The notes beneath the pieces were generated by a model, which saw only the letters and a program-made list of their open reading frames with translations, searched no databases and was not told where the DNA came from. A stretch of DNA of 64,000 bases, filler included, from Sphacelaria rigidula (Eukaryota): the NCBI GenBank assembly GCA_964200075.2. It is 9 parts of 9 records of this genome, joined end to end, with 100 filler letters (N's around TTAATTAATTAA, not from the genome) between each part and the next. Parts side by side here need not be neighbours in the genome. Positions count along the whole stretch, not along the records: positions 49,863 to 56,885 come from CAXNAA020016910.1; positions 56,986 to 64,000 come from CAXNAA020016942.1; 7 more parts are not named here. One strand, 5' to 3'. The translations under genes were made by a program, and so were the position numbers. This document shows, one piece after another, positions 51,844-64,000 of the stretch (position 1 is its first letter; each line of letters begins with the position of its first letter).

Positions 51844-53059
51844 TCACCGCCGGTTGATCAGACCCACCCCCAGCCAAGTACATTTACTGGCAATGAATAT
51901 GCTGCTGCTGCTGCTGCTACTGCTTCTCGTGCGGACGGTCCACGGCACTTGACAGCCCCCCGCATGCACACAAGATCTAGAGGACCTAAGCTTGATATTT
52001 TGCTGGCGTCGCGTCAGCGGCCCGAAAATCTCCCCTCAGAGCGGAAAATCCCCTTTCAGTACATTTGGCTTTTTTGCGAGTCAGCATCACGCCCAAACGC
52101 GAAAACCAAACTCGGCGACGTAGCTTGGGTGTGTGGGAAGCGCGCGCGAGAAACCGCAGTCCAACCCCGCGCTTCGGTGTCGAGTTGTAAACGTTACGCG
52201 ATTGGCACTTTTGGGTTAAGGATCAGTAGCGTCTTTCGAGGTCGAAGATGGCAAATTCAAAAACGTCGGTGCGCATGGCGAGTATCCTTTGAGATGTGGA
52301 ACTACAGAGGGAGAGTTGACAGAAGAAAGACAAAGCTGGTGGCTGCTTCATGTCAGGACTCCGGTGCAGCAGCCAAGGCGTCGAGAGCGATTTTAGCACG
52401 AGGATGTGCGTTACATCTGCTGGCGACCGCCGTCATGTATTTAGTAACTGTCTGTATATACTATTAATAGTATTAGAATGAGATGCAAACTGTGCGATGT
52501 TTGACAACGGTTCCAGGGGAGAAACCAAGGCGCGAAAAGTGATTTTGATTTCAGACTACGCACCATGTATGCCTAGGTTCGCAGAGCCACGATGTTCAAA
52601 TTGTTCAAAGTCACTGCAGATACGTTGGTGTGTAGCGGCCACAACAGCTGCTGTTCGTGCTCTTGTCTTATTATCTTCGCAATGACGGTGAACGTGGGGT
52701 GGCAGCTCGGGGGCGTGTGGTACAGACAAAGGCAGGACACTCACTAGTGCAACAAGATTGTCCATCTTCTGATGTGGAGCGAGCTTTCCGGAGGAATAAA
52801 ATCACCTCAACACCGACCACTCCCAGACTTGAATAAGTGTACTAGAAATATCGTTCATTTACTTTGACCCAAATTGTCATTTGTTGGTGACGCTTTTATT
52901 TTCCGTTGATACTCTATGACTCGTTGGATTACCGGCCGCACCTCTGACGCATGTAGCGCTCAGCTTGCACTTTCCATGAATATAGTACCGAAAATCTGCA
53001 ATTCCTACCCATGACTGTACTGTCTAATTTTTGGTCAAGAACGAAAATGTTGTAATACG

Positions 53060-53216
53060 TGAGAGGACCGCGTGGGAAGTTGGACATCCCCATGAGTGGG
53101 GTTAGGTGTTGGGGTTAGTGTTGGGGTCAGGGTCGTGGTACCTGCAGGGACTGGCCCGATTGGTTTTGGAAAACGTCGATACTGAGGTGTATCGAGCTAC
53201 GGTGCGGTCCTCTCAC
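53060..53216. mobile_element. Small TIR element
   Basis: 13-bp TIR GTGAGAGGACCGC / GCGGTCCTCTCAC; internal GGGGTTAG motifs. Confidence 0.5.
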
Positions 53217-54045
53217 CAACTACACGGTGGCCTACGGAAAACGCAAAAGTGCTCTGGAACGGTCTGAGGTGTCAACATCCGCTGAGCCCTCTTCTCGGGG
53301 GAAAACCGACGAAGGTGGTCAAAAAACGCTTTTCAAGAATTATTATTTTTTCGATACATGACAAGTATAACAAGTAGCCTCAGGCCACGTTTATGTATCA
53401 AAAAGTAAATATTATTGAAATGTGCATTTTTCGCCCTTCTCCGTCGTTTTCCCCCGAGACGAGGGCTAGGCGGCTGTTGACACCTTGGGATGACTTGCTC
53501 TACTCGCTGAGACGGCTCCAGAGCATCTTTGCGTTTCCCGCGGGTCATGGTTCCGTTTTTGGCCTAGCTTGCATTTGCCTTTGAGGCCCTAGGCCGAAAA
53601 GGGTTCTACTGGACCGAAATTCAAAAAGTGTCCCATCCCATCCTATCCTGTCCTATCCTATGTGTCCGCTCTCACAACGAAGGCCAGAACCACGCATTTC
53701 TTTTTCTCGAATGGATTCGAAGCCACGCTGCGCGAAAAAACCATCCCGTCGCTCTTCTAACATCAATCGAGATGCCGTCAAGAAGTTTCAGCTCAATTGG
53801 TGCTAATGGCGTTGTGTTTCGCTTCTGTCTGTGAGCGGTCTCAAGAACAGCCCAGCTCGACCCCTTTTGACCAGCGCTGGTCTTGATTATACTTCTCAGA
53901 CTTGACTGTCGCGACTTCAAACGAGGCACTTTTGGAGATTGGAGGCATCACACGCAGCAACCGGCTCTCCGAATCACTTGAAAACCCCTCAAGAAGGTTC
54001 AGCTTCATTGCTGCTTTCTTCTTTGTCTTCGCTTGTGCATGTCGA

Positions 54046-54806
54046 CGCCGCCCGTGGCTGAGATGGGAGGGGGTGTTAAAGCAAGTGATCTGATTGATTC
54101 GAACTACTCTCCGTGTGTCGACTGTCGACAAACGGTAAACGTACGGGAGCTTCTGGTCGCAACGTCCGCGGGCGGCGGAGACGTATCTCGGCTTCCACGG
54201 TGGCAAATGGAGACTGTACAGGTGCGACCTTGTACTGCTGAACTGTCTGTGCTTGCAGAGCTGCGCTTCGCACGGGGTTTGACAAGCGGATAAGAAGGGT
54301 TGACGCCGTATCCTGGTGCGCCTGTATTTTTTATCGCGAGAGGGGTTCAGCAGTCCCTTTCCATCGTCGACCGTAGTGTCGAATTTTGTGTACCCACGAC
54401 ATAGTCGCTCTCCACTGTAGTATGGACTTGTATCTCCTCGAGAAAAGAGGCGTCCTTATATCCCCACTCACCACGCCAAAACATTCCATGTCTATATGTG
54501 GTTCAACCGGCCAGGTTACGGCCCCTTCCCGCCGCCACGCGTCGGCTGAGACGGGAGGGGGTTTTAAAGCAGGTGATCTGATTGATTCGGACTACTCTCC
54601 GTGTGTCGACTGTCGACAAACGGTGAACGTACGGGCGCTTCTGGTCGCAACATCAGCGGGCAGTGGAGACGTATCTCGGCTTCCACGGTGACAAATGGAG
54701 ACTGTACAGGTGCGACCTTGCACTGCTGAACTGTCTGTGCTTGCAGAGCTGCGCTTCGCACAGGGTTTGACAAGTGGACAAGAAGTGTTGACGCCGTATC
54801 CTGGTG
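54046..54806. repeat. Recent ~270-bp direct duplication (54046-54318 and 54530-54806)
   Basis: Near-identical blocks offset by 488 bp, each followed by SINE sequence. Confidence 0.9.
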
Positions 54807-55634
54807 TGATGGTAATTTTATGCTCCACTACAGTCTGTGTATGTTGTCGTCTCATCTGTTCTGGGGGTTGGTTTCAAGGCACATATGTTCGAACTTCGTG
54901 TAATGTGTGTTGTCGTCCCACTATTCTGGACGCCGGTCTACACCCTTCGGTATATGTGGGCGCATCAGCCGGGGTCACACAGGAGGAAGGTCAACACAGG
55001 AGCGTTTTTTTTTGTTTGTTTCTAGTACTCCACCTTCCTTCTGCGGTGCTTGCGTTTATATTTAATCGCGGGGGGGGGGGTTCAGCAGTCCCTTTCCCTC
55101 GTCGACCGTGCAGGGTGGGCCAACAAAGAGTGCCGTATTTGCATCTCCAACCATAACTCCTCAAGCGTACTAAATCAGCTCGACTTGAGCACATCGCTGT
55201 GAACTGCAGACCAAGTTGCGTGCACGCTCATGGACAGTGCCGCAGGCAGTACAAAGCTGCACGTTACTGAATGAAGTCCTTTTCACGTCGCATTGTAAGC
55301 AGAGAAATTGATAGTCCTGGGCAGTCTGCACTGCACGTTGCCCGCTTCTCCTTTATATCCTCCTGCACGAAACACGCACAAACGCACTCAAGACAACCTG
55401 GTTGCAAGCAGTGCAGATAGTACAGACTGTCTGTACTGTACACGAGTGACCATGTACCGTTTCAAGATTTTCACTATCTTTCTTCAATCGAAAGCTTTAA
55501 AACCCATCCGGATCCAACTGCATCAAAACGAGATATTTTTTGCTCGAATCAATTCCTCCGCCTCATTTTTTCGATCGAAAAGAAAAGTGCTAAGACAGGC
55601 CCTGAATATACTTTTTTCGCAGAGAGGAAGGCTA

Positions 55635-55896
55635 ACACAGGATTTTTTTCTTTTTGATTGTTTATTAGCACCCCCACCTTCCTTTTGCGGTGCTTGTTTT
55701 TTTTTTACCGAGACAGGGGTTCAGCGGTCCCTTCCCTCGTCGACCGTGAAGTCGAACAGTGTGTACTCACGACATAGTCGCTCTCCACCGTTGGGAATGG
55801 TGTGAGAGAAAATCCCAGGTCTTCCCGAGATTTGAACCCACGTCCTAACCGTCAGAAGGTTTCGAGGTTACCATCTGAGCCACCGGGGCGACCGGC
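55635..55896 (-). mobile_element. tRNA-derived SINE (5' part); further fragments at 54325-54420 and 54905-55110
   Basis: Box A TGGCTCAGATGG and box B GGTTCAAATC on the minus strand; homology to 13385-13754. Confidence 0.75.
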
Positions 55897-57127
55897 TACC
55901 GCTGTGTGTTCTTCAATCCTGTCACCCCTGTGAAACGTTTTTACCGGCACCCGACAGTTTTGTATGTTCTGTGAGTCCATCAACCCCTGGTCGACAACGA
56001 CCCCCCCGTGGGTGGATCGAGTTCGACGACGCAACATTTGAGATTTAGAACTGCTCTTCTCTCGCTACGCAAGATACTTTTCATGAACACGTCAATAGTT
56101 GTCATATGTATGGGAATTATCCCGGGGAACCGGTAACTGAGTTTGACCCTGCAGCCAATTGCGTGCAGAGTAGGTATGTATGTGCGCTGTTTTCTTTTAC
56201 TGGGATCAACGGCAAGGCGCAGCTTATCGTGCTATCGCTCCGCACTGAAACACAAATTCCGGCGTGCTGCCATCAGTGCTGTCAACAAGCTGTGTGTCTT
56301 GTCGTCCGAAGTATGGTTCAAACGAACCTACACCTTGTCGGCATGCTATGGCAAAACAAGAAAGTTGCGTCTTCGCCGGGGCGATTGGCTCCTGCTGTCT
56401 TTTGTCCAGTCCTTTCAACCGTGTTAACTATCAAACCGGTACGCAGAGGCTGTGTAAGACCTTTCTTAACTTTACTCGCCAGTTTGTCATTATCTGGAAC
56501 TGTCTCATACCTCTGGTCGACGACTTCGCAAGGTCTGTAGGCCTCCCGTAATCCCGGCCCGGATTCAACATATATATCCTTATGCGTATAATATGCGATG
56601 CAGGCAGAGTGCGGGTATTACCCAGGAGGGGTGAAGATTTAAACTCAATCCCTACCTTTGTTCTGAAAACTCGCACTTGTTCCCCAACCTCCATCCATCT
56701 AACACCCCTTGGTACTCAACTCCGTACACCCTTCAAGATATTGTTTCCTATTCGGGGAACAGACGGGTTACAGGGTACGAGTTGAAAGGGAAAGCGAAAC
56801 ATACATGATACTCAACAAACAGCCGATTTTCGAAAATGGGATTGAAAAAAAAATGAGGTTCAACTCAAAAGCCGTGCTTTCCCTGNNNNNNNNNNNNNNN
56901 NNNNNNNNNNNNNNNNNNNNNNNNNNNNNTTAATTAATTAANNNNNNNNNNNNNNNNNNNNNNNNNNNNNNNNNNNNNNNNNNNNGCGTTCTATTTTGTC
57001 GCTTGCCTTGGTCGTTGGACTGTTGTCTTTGCATCTGTTTTGAGACGGGGTTGGGGTGGGGGGCTATCGTGGCATCAATATTTGTTCGTTGTTCGTGTGT
57101 ACTACCTGCCGTATTGATGTTTCTCAC

Positions 57128-57247
57128 CTTTCTGAAAAGTCGTTTAGATCCCCCACCAGCGCTCATGGGGTAGTAAATGTACACGTTGTGGTCCTCTGCA
57201 TCCACCGGTTTCTCCACGAAAGGTTTATGTATCGTGATATTATTTAC
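57128..57247 (-). CDS. PPIP5K: PPIP5K/VIP1 inositol pyrophosphate kinase, exon 4 in the window
   Basis: [49 protein letters not shown]. Confidence 0.95.
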
Positions 57248-58075
57248 CTGGGTGCGTACGACCACAAGGCGCGACATCAAAAGAAAAGTGAAGAAAAGAG
57301 AAGGAAAATAAAAAGAAGGAGTTCTCGGGAATATTGAAGATCACCTCAGGATTTGACGGAGGCAAGAGGAAAAGTCATGCATCATTTAGTCACCTTGAGC
57401 ATATATGTGCAATCAAATCAATGATTCGGAAGTGCCTCAGAATCCGACACAAAACAAGAGCCTCTTGAGCAGATCTATGGAGGCCCTGTTCCAAAAAAAC
57501 CGTATCACATTACCCCCACCCTATTTTCGAATATCTAAGCTATTCTTCTTTCATGTGCCAAATTCCACTATTGCTACACAATGAAAGTTCGCCCGAAGCT
57601 TGATAACGACCGTGGGTATTGACCGCTTCGCATCACAGACAGAGACTCCGCGCAACACACGAGATCACAAGTTAAGGTATTCAACTGTTTGAAATCGGAG
57701 TTTGCTATGAAGTGTACATATGGCACCAGGAAATTCGGCTCCGGGGCGATGCGTTCACCGATAAATAACTACTGCGCGAGATATAGAAAACTGTGACACA
57801 GACGGTTGAATCCCTGGCGGATGACCTAATTTGCGACAAATCATCAGTCGATGAATTAATCAACCAACCACCCAACCAGATTAATTGACAAAATATAAGT
57901 GTTGTATGTTTGGCATGCGCTATTATTATAGAAAATGGCAAATGACTCCCCGTACTTGGCGTACCGGGGAGAGGTAGATGGGTTGATCCCTTGAGACCGC
58001 GGACTCGCCTCGAGGAAGGGGAGAAGCTCAAAGTGCGACAAATAAAAAAAAACTAGAATAAGTTGGCAATCTCAC

Positions 58076-58133
58076 CACGATGTAATCATCCGCCTCCATG
58101 ATGGTGAGCTCATTCGGGTCCACCCCTCCGTAA
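58076..58133 (-). CDS. PPIP5K: PPIP5K/VIP1 exon 3
   Basis: YGGVDPNELTIMEADDYIV; CAG/GTGAGA; phases fit both neighbours. Confidence 0.85.
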
Positions 58134-58270
58134 CTGTGTAGAGGAAAAACCAACATCATATACATAAATGCAAAAGAGACCGAAAAAAAAAAAAAAAAAA
58201 AAAAAACAACATCAGCGAGAACAAGAGCAAAAACATTTGAAAAAGCGATAAACCAACATAAATCATATAA

Positions 58271-58750
58271 GGCCGCTCCTCATAATAGACAAAAATAAAA
58301 ATCTGGAAAAGTGTCTTTTTGGAGCTTTTACGTCATTTTACGCCCCAAAAGAGGGCTAGGCAGAGTTTAACACCTTGGGATGATTTGCTCTGCTAGTTGA
58401 GGCGGTTCCAGGACGTCTTCCCGTTTCCCGGTGGCCACAGTTTTCAGTTTGGAAAACCAAGAATTTTTGTCCAAGAACGGTAAAAAACAGCCAAGTCCAG
58501 AAAAAGAAGCCACTTTTCTCTGGACTTGACTGTTTCTCACCGTTCTTGGCCAAAAATTCTTGTTTGGCCAAAATGAAAACTGTGGCCACCGGAAAACGGG
58601 AAGACGTCCTGGAACCGCCTCAACTAGTAGAGCAAGTCAGTCCAAGGTGTCAACCTCCGTCTAGCTCTCTTTTTGGGGCGTAAAACGACGTGAAAGCTCC
58701 AAAAAAACACTTTTCCAGATTTTTATTTTTGTCTATTATAAAGAGCGGCC
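58271..58750. mobile_element. 480-bp fold-back element in a PPIP5K intron
   Basis: Two ~235-bp arms that are largely complementary (GGCCGCTC...GAGCGGCC) around a very short loop. Confidence 0.9.
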
Positions 58751-59413
58751 TCATAGATAATAGGCAAAGAATACGTCAATCAACATATAGGAGAGGTGAA
58801 AAAAAACCCGAGCGAAATCGAAAGCTAGAGTAAAAACAGAAAAAAAAATAAAGCGAAACGGCAACACAAATCAGCAAATAAACGATACACAGAAAACATA
58901 ACACAGCTGGGAAATGAAAAACAGAAAGAGGGACATGTTTTTTCCGTCTTTTTTTCTTTCTCGTTGTCTCCGCAACCAACATGCCAAAACGCTTGATGGC
59001 GAGTGTTGGCATCGTCAATACTATCCTCCGCAACAGCGTAAAAAAACACAACAGCACAACGAGTATTCGCTTATACCCCCCGCCCCCCCCATTATGACCG
59101 CACGATGTTGAGAACCCGCACCACAGTATTGTGGTACCATGTTGTACGCCGCAGTAGTGAGTGCAATCACTTCATCTCAACATGGAATGGTGCCACTGTA
59201 GGTGTGCACAATATCTTCCTCAGGCTCCTAACTTCAGCACCCTCTTCGTGACAAACGCGTGGGCCCAAATGTGAAAACTCAGCAACTCTTGGTCTCAAAT
59301 ATGCACCTCTACCGTGAAACCACTCTGGTGACGGGTCGGATTCGTGACAATTTCACACGCCGGACAGCTCATGAGGTACCTAAATATTACTTGTTATTAG
59401 TGTACTTACTGAT

Positions 59414-59669
59414 GAGCAATGCTACGGTAGGGTTGCACTTTTTGCGCGAAATCTCGTCTGGTTCAGGGGCTCCTAACAATTCTAGATGCACGAGAATGTG
59501 GGTCAGGGCACCTCCGTTTGAAAATCCATTCGGGACATCCCGAGCACACTGGTATCGTAATTCTAGGGTACTCTCACATGTTTCACAAGTCGTGTTTTGG
59601 GTGAGATAAAGGGCTCCTAACAATTCTGTGCTCACAAAATATTTTTGCACCCCTGCCGTAGCATCCCTC
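59414..59669 (+). mobile_element. Sola-like MITE, intact
   Basis: ~24-bp TIR GAGCAATGCTACGGTAGGGTTGCA / TGCACCCCTGCCGTAGCATCCCTC, with the 4-bp TSD TGAT. Confidence 0.85.
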
Positions 59670-59746
59670 TGATGCGGGTCATGAGCTGACTCATTTGACT
59701 CCTTTTTTTGTTCCATACTTGCTCTCTACAGCGCTGCACGCCGGGG

Positions 59747-60085
59747 AGGTTAGTTCACCACTTGGGAGGGTGATAGATTTCTCAGAAACTTAAAACTTCG
59801 AACAAACCACAACACGAACACAGACCCTGACCCTGACCCCAACGAAGGCACATCGAGAGCCCTCGGACCAGGGGGTGGAAACTGTTAGATAGGCAAAGGG
59901 TGCGTTGCCAGACCTCAAATAGGCGCCCCAGGCGCCGATGCCGACTAAAGCACGTTCTGCGCAAGCTAGGACCACGCTTGGAGCATAGCCCCATCAAAGA
60001 CTCGGATTTCGCTGTTCACACTAAAATCTAGTAGAAGCATCTGAGAAATTTCTCACCCTCCCAAGTGGGTAAACTAACTATACTG
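59747..60085. mobile_element. MITE with ~40-bp TIRs nested in another repeat
   Basis: GTTAGTTCACCACTTGGGAGGGTGA..ATTTCTCAGA and its inverse at 60041-60078. Flanks ACGCCGGG/ACGCCAGG. An uninterrupted version of the target is at about 42860-43010. Confidence 0.65.
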
Positions 60086-60569
60086 ACGCCAGGCACGCGG
60101 AGTAGCGCAGAGTCAGCGCTTAGACTTCTCGGATCCGGCTGTAGATCGGATGTGTCAGGTACAGTAGATCGATAAAAAGTGCAAATGCTTGATACCAGTA
60201 TATTTAGTATTGATTGGCACAAGGGCCAATCAATCTTCTTGGACACCACTGTCAGACAAATGATTTTAACTGCACTGTGGTGGGACCCTACACTGTATAT
60301 ACTGCACAGGGATACCGAGTACATCTCCCCCTGAAAATAGTAAAACACTATCCATGGCTGTCTGGTATATTTTCGGAGCTCGAGTGGTCGTGTCAACCCT
60401 TCCTGCATCAGAAGTACACGTTGCTCTATGGACGATTTCGTGTGTCCCCAAAGCCCTCCAACAAGAGAACATCCTGCTCCGTTCACGACTTTCCCGTGTT
60501 TGTTCGAACCCCACACGGAGAAACTGTTGCATCATGTACTACTCCATTTCCTTCGAGCTCATGGTAAGC

Positions 60570-60772
60570 GAGAGATCAGAGAGGTAAGAATGCGCCGTGA
60601 GACTGACGGTGATTCTGGCGGTTTTGGTACATTTTTTTTTTTTTCCTTCCGATCGCTTGAGAGCTGATGAGCAACCAATTACTAGAACGACTAAACAAGA
60701 ACAAAAAATAGCACCAAAATCGCCAGAATCACTGTCCCACGCTCAAGGCGCGTTCTCACTTTTTCTTGTCTC
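60570..60772. mobile_element. Fold-back MITE
   Basis: AGAATGCGCC..GTGATTCTGGCGGTTTTGGT versus ACCAAAATCGCCAGAATCAC..GGCGCGTTCT. Confidence 0.65.
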
Positions 60773-61231
60773 GTTCAAACACGGCCTTATTTACTTCCCC
60801 GGATGTCACAAATCCGTTCGCCCCTCGACGTTTATCTAACTGAGGGGATTGATTGTGCCGCCAGGGTTGGCGATCTGCGTGTCTCATTCATTTTTCGAGT
60901 GAAAGTGATGCCGATTCACCAGGAGACCCACCCTGGCGATGAAAAGCGATTTCATGACAATTCTGATTTTGACTCGACATTCAGATTGGGTGGTGCGGTA
61001 TTTTTTCCCTCATGATTGATTGTCGCACTTTAGCTGATCACCCAGGGGTCCAGCCGTGGTCGCATGATAGACATACCCAAGAAAAGCAACAAACTGAAAC
61101 ACTCGTTCAAGAAAGCAAAGGGGCAAAAAAAAGTCGAACAGAACGACATAGTGGACTAATGATGGGGTTATATATTTACCAATACATCTGACTCTTTATC
61201 AACATTTCTCTCTCTATATATAAACATTTTT

Positions 61232-61508
61232 ACTTCCTGTCCCATATGTAAAGGTACCTAAATTTGTACGGGTCCTGAGCGATGTCCGATCGTTTCTTTT
61301 TTAATAAACTTTACGGTGTTTTTTGGGTTCAGAAAATGTGTTCAAAATTTGCAGCCGCCCGGCGGCGTGGTTCAAGCACGAGCTGCAAATTTCAAACACA
61401 TTTTCTGAACCCAAAAAACACCGTAAAGTTTATTAAAAAAGAAACGATCGGACATCGTTCAGGACTCGTACAAATTCAGGTACATTTACCTATGGGACAG
61501 AGGAAGCA
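61232..61508. mobile_element. Fold-back element (near-perfect ~120-bp arms)
   Basis: GATGTCCGATCGTTTC...TTTGCAGC versus GCTGCAAA...GAAACGATCGGACATC. Confidence 0.85.
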
Positions 61509-61679
61509 CATATTTAAAAGTACTTTTCTACAACATTTGTTCTCCAAAAAAAACTTCCCAGATTCGTTCGTTTTGCGACACACTGTCTCTTTCGACGTTT
61601 TTTCATGCAGCATTTCCCCCCCTTTCCCCCTGCAACACTTTTTTTTTCCCCGTGTATTGTACACAGCGGTTTGAGAACA

Positions 61680-62066
61680 CCGGTGGTTCTAGTGGCTCAA
61701 TTGATAACCCCGAAATCTTCAGACGGTACAAACGTGGGTTGGAATGTTCTCGGTGAAACTACACGATATAGGATTTTTCCTCACACCATGCTCAACACTG
61801 GAGAGCGACTATGTCGCGGGTACACGAAGTTCGGCTTCACGGTCGACGAGTGAAAGGGACAGCTGAACTCTTATCGCGAAAAAAAGGATGGCAAGCACCG
61901 CAGAAAGAAGGTTGAGTAATAGAAAAAAATCAAAAGACAAAATATTATGTTGATTTTCCTCCTGTATGATCCCGGCTAATTCGGCCACATAAACCGAAGG
62001 GTGTATACACTGGCGTCCAGTAGAGACGGGATGGCAATACGCACACACACACACATACACACACAC
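61680..62066 (+). mobile_element. tRNA-derived SINE, full-length diverged copy
   Basis: Box A-like TGGCTCAATTG, degenerate box B, family body and (CA)n tail. Confidence 0.75.
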
Positions 62067-62154
62067 AAACAGCTTCTTCGCGCAACCTTTGTTTTTGTTG
62101 TTGAATGTTCTTGTTCTTAAAAGACAAACACACACACACACGAAACACAAGAAC

Positions 62155-62187
<33 letters not shown>

Positions 62188-62223
62188 GACTATGACTTTG
62201 CTACCGTACAAGTTCCCGCGCAC

Positions 62224-62288
62224 CCATCCCTGCTCGCGTACACGTTGTCCGGATATGGCACTAGAAGATCCTTCAACAGATCATACAC
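62224..62288 (-). CDS. PPIP5K: PPIP5K/VIP1 exon 2
   Basis: VYDLLKDLLVPYPDNVYASRDG; CAG/GTGCGC. Confidence 0.88.
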
Positions 62289-62603
62289 CTGCCCAAGTCC
62301 AAAAATGGCCAGCCGAGCAGCAGCAGCAGCAGCAACAACAACAACAACAACAAGTCAGTCACAAAAAAACTCGCGAATTCAAAGTGAATGAAAACACAGT
62401 ATATTCATATATGTTCATATATATCCATATGCGTTTGATACAAGAAATCAAATGAAACGCGTTGACAGAACGAAACAGGAGGGAAAAGAAGGGGAAAAAA
62501 GAAGAGAAAAAAAGCGATTGAAGAAAAAAAAAACGAAGTAAAAAAAAACATTTCATTTACTATCATCCCGTTCGTTCAGTGTATAATGCATACAATCACG
62601 CAC

Positions 62604-62789
62604 CCGTCGTCGATCATGCAAAACATCCTCCATCTCCAAGTTGTTAAGGGCGTAGGGCTGTCTCAGCTTCACGTACTCTCGGGCCTTGTCGCTCGGGAAG
62701 CCGTCCGAGTAAAAGGCGATGAGGCAGTCACACATCGGCCACTCCTCCACAGGGTCGTCCAGAATGCATGAATCGCCAAAAACCAAAAC
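62604..62789 (-). CDS. PPIP5K: PPIP5K/VIP1 exon 1 in the window
   Basis: VLVFGDSCILDDPVEEWPMCDCLIAFYSDGFPSDKAREYVKLRQPYALNNLEMEDVLHDRRR; CAG/GTGCGT. Confidence 0.95.
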
Positions 62790-64000
62790 CTGGGTGTTTG
62801 ATTTATCAGAATCAAATGTGTTTCAGCGGAGCGGGGGGTGAGGGGGAGGGGTGTACTCATGATTTTGCATGCCGTAGCAATATATGACCATTGACTTCGC
62901 ATTCCTACAAAGCCGGGATGAAGCGGTGCCGGATTTTCGCCGGACCAGGCTCGCAATCCATCACCAACCGTGAAGCGCAGTCATGTGTCCGGCGAGTCGC
63001 ATCAAAAGTGATCTGCATCCTGTCAAGATTACTCGGTCCAAAGCGTGCTGATTCTATTTTGCATACCGATGACATCCTTGAATGAGTCGCTTCATTTTCC
63101 GGCATTGCCACTTCCACAGACAGCCATGAGTTACACACTGCCGCATGGGGGGGAAGAGAAGGCGAGATCTCACGGCCGTGTGGGTTTTTCCTTTTAAGGA
63201 AAAAAAGGCACGCGTGCGTGTGTGGATGCATCGCATGTATATGTATATATATATATATATACGCGCGCGCGGGGGGGGGGGGGGGGGGGGGGGCGGGGGA
63301 GATGCGAGGGGGGGGGGGTGGGCGGTTGTGGGGGGGGGGGCGTGGGGGGGTGTGGGGGGTGGGGGGGGGGGGGGGGGGCGCGGGCGTACTCATTTGTTGG
63401 TTCCCGTAGTCACTCGACCATTGACTACGCATCCCTTTCGAAATGGAGGACCGTTCCTACTTCCATCAGAGGCACCTCCAACATTTGGGCGCTCATTGCA
63501 TTTGATCCATACGTTATACAAAAACCGTTCATACATTATCGTTCGTAGTGTGCGCGTGTATCATGTCATAACAACAGCAACAACCGCGCCCGGTACTGAC
63601 TGACATCCCATGTCCCATTGCATCTATCGGCGCAACACTCAGCACCCCACAAAGTCAGTGCTCGTGAAGACATTCGATGGGAATCGACCGGCCGCGCGAG
63701 TTTTTCAACAGGAAGAGTCTGCCTATTAGTAGAACCCATTGTATTTTCGCATCGACGACACCGGTGACACATTGTTCCACGGGTCGCGCAAACCATCGAA
63801 TCATCACTACATTGGTTCGAATCACCGAATCCACGATTTCTGAGGCCTGATTGCTTGAAAGGGAGAAAAAAAAAAAGCAGTAGTGACACTTTCTACGATA
63901 GCCCCCCCCCCCCCCGCCCCCCCGATGTGTAAAAGGTTTTTGTGTGATGTATGGAAGAAACGTAATGAGCGCCAAAATGTTGGAGGTGTCTCTATTAGGA

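Noticed and set aside
51613-52467. 284-aa ORF
   Set aside because: Built from trinucleotide repeats and repeat-like DNA; no domain signal.
53095-53135. Telomere-like GGGTTAG motifs
   Set aside because: Only a few degenerate units inside a small TIR element; not a telomere.

Overview
This is eukaryotic DNA of roughly 50% GC, most likely from a brown alga (inferred from short exons in kb-long repeat-filled introns, an axonemal dynein and the style of the repeats). The window is not one locus. It is nine unrelated ~7,023-bp contigs joined by identical 100-bp N44-TTAATTAATTAA-N44 linkers, so nothing can be inferred across linkers. Host genes present as partial exon chains: six consecutive exons of an axonemal dynein heavy chain (- strand, 43169-49638), four exons of PPIP5K/VIP1 (- strand, 57128-62789), three exons of a probable C2-domain protein, and a few isolated exons. 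Mobile DNA dominates: a broken Ty3/Gypsy pol with a chromodomain plus a second Tudor/PWWP-like domain, a decayed RTE LINE, a LINE and non-autonomous partner that share a 3' end and have C-rich tails, a tRNA-headed SINE, a Sola-like MITE with 4-bp TSDs, and several fold-back elements. The main find is in contig 2 (about 8567-12540, + strand). Reading across frameshifts by eye gives, in the correct order, degenerate versions of the N-terminal, RdRp (pre-A, A, B, C, D), capping (GxxT, HR) and methyltransferase motifs of a Mononegavirales-type L protein. This is probably a fossil negative-strand RNA virus integration, with further decayed coding-like sequence on both sides. It has not been confirmed by any database search.
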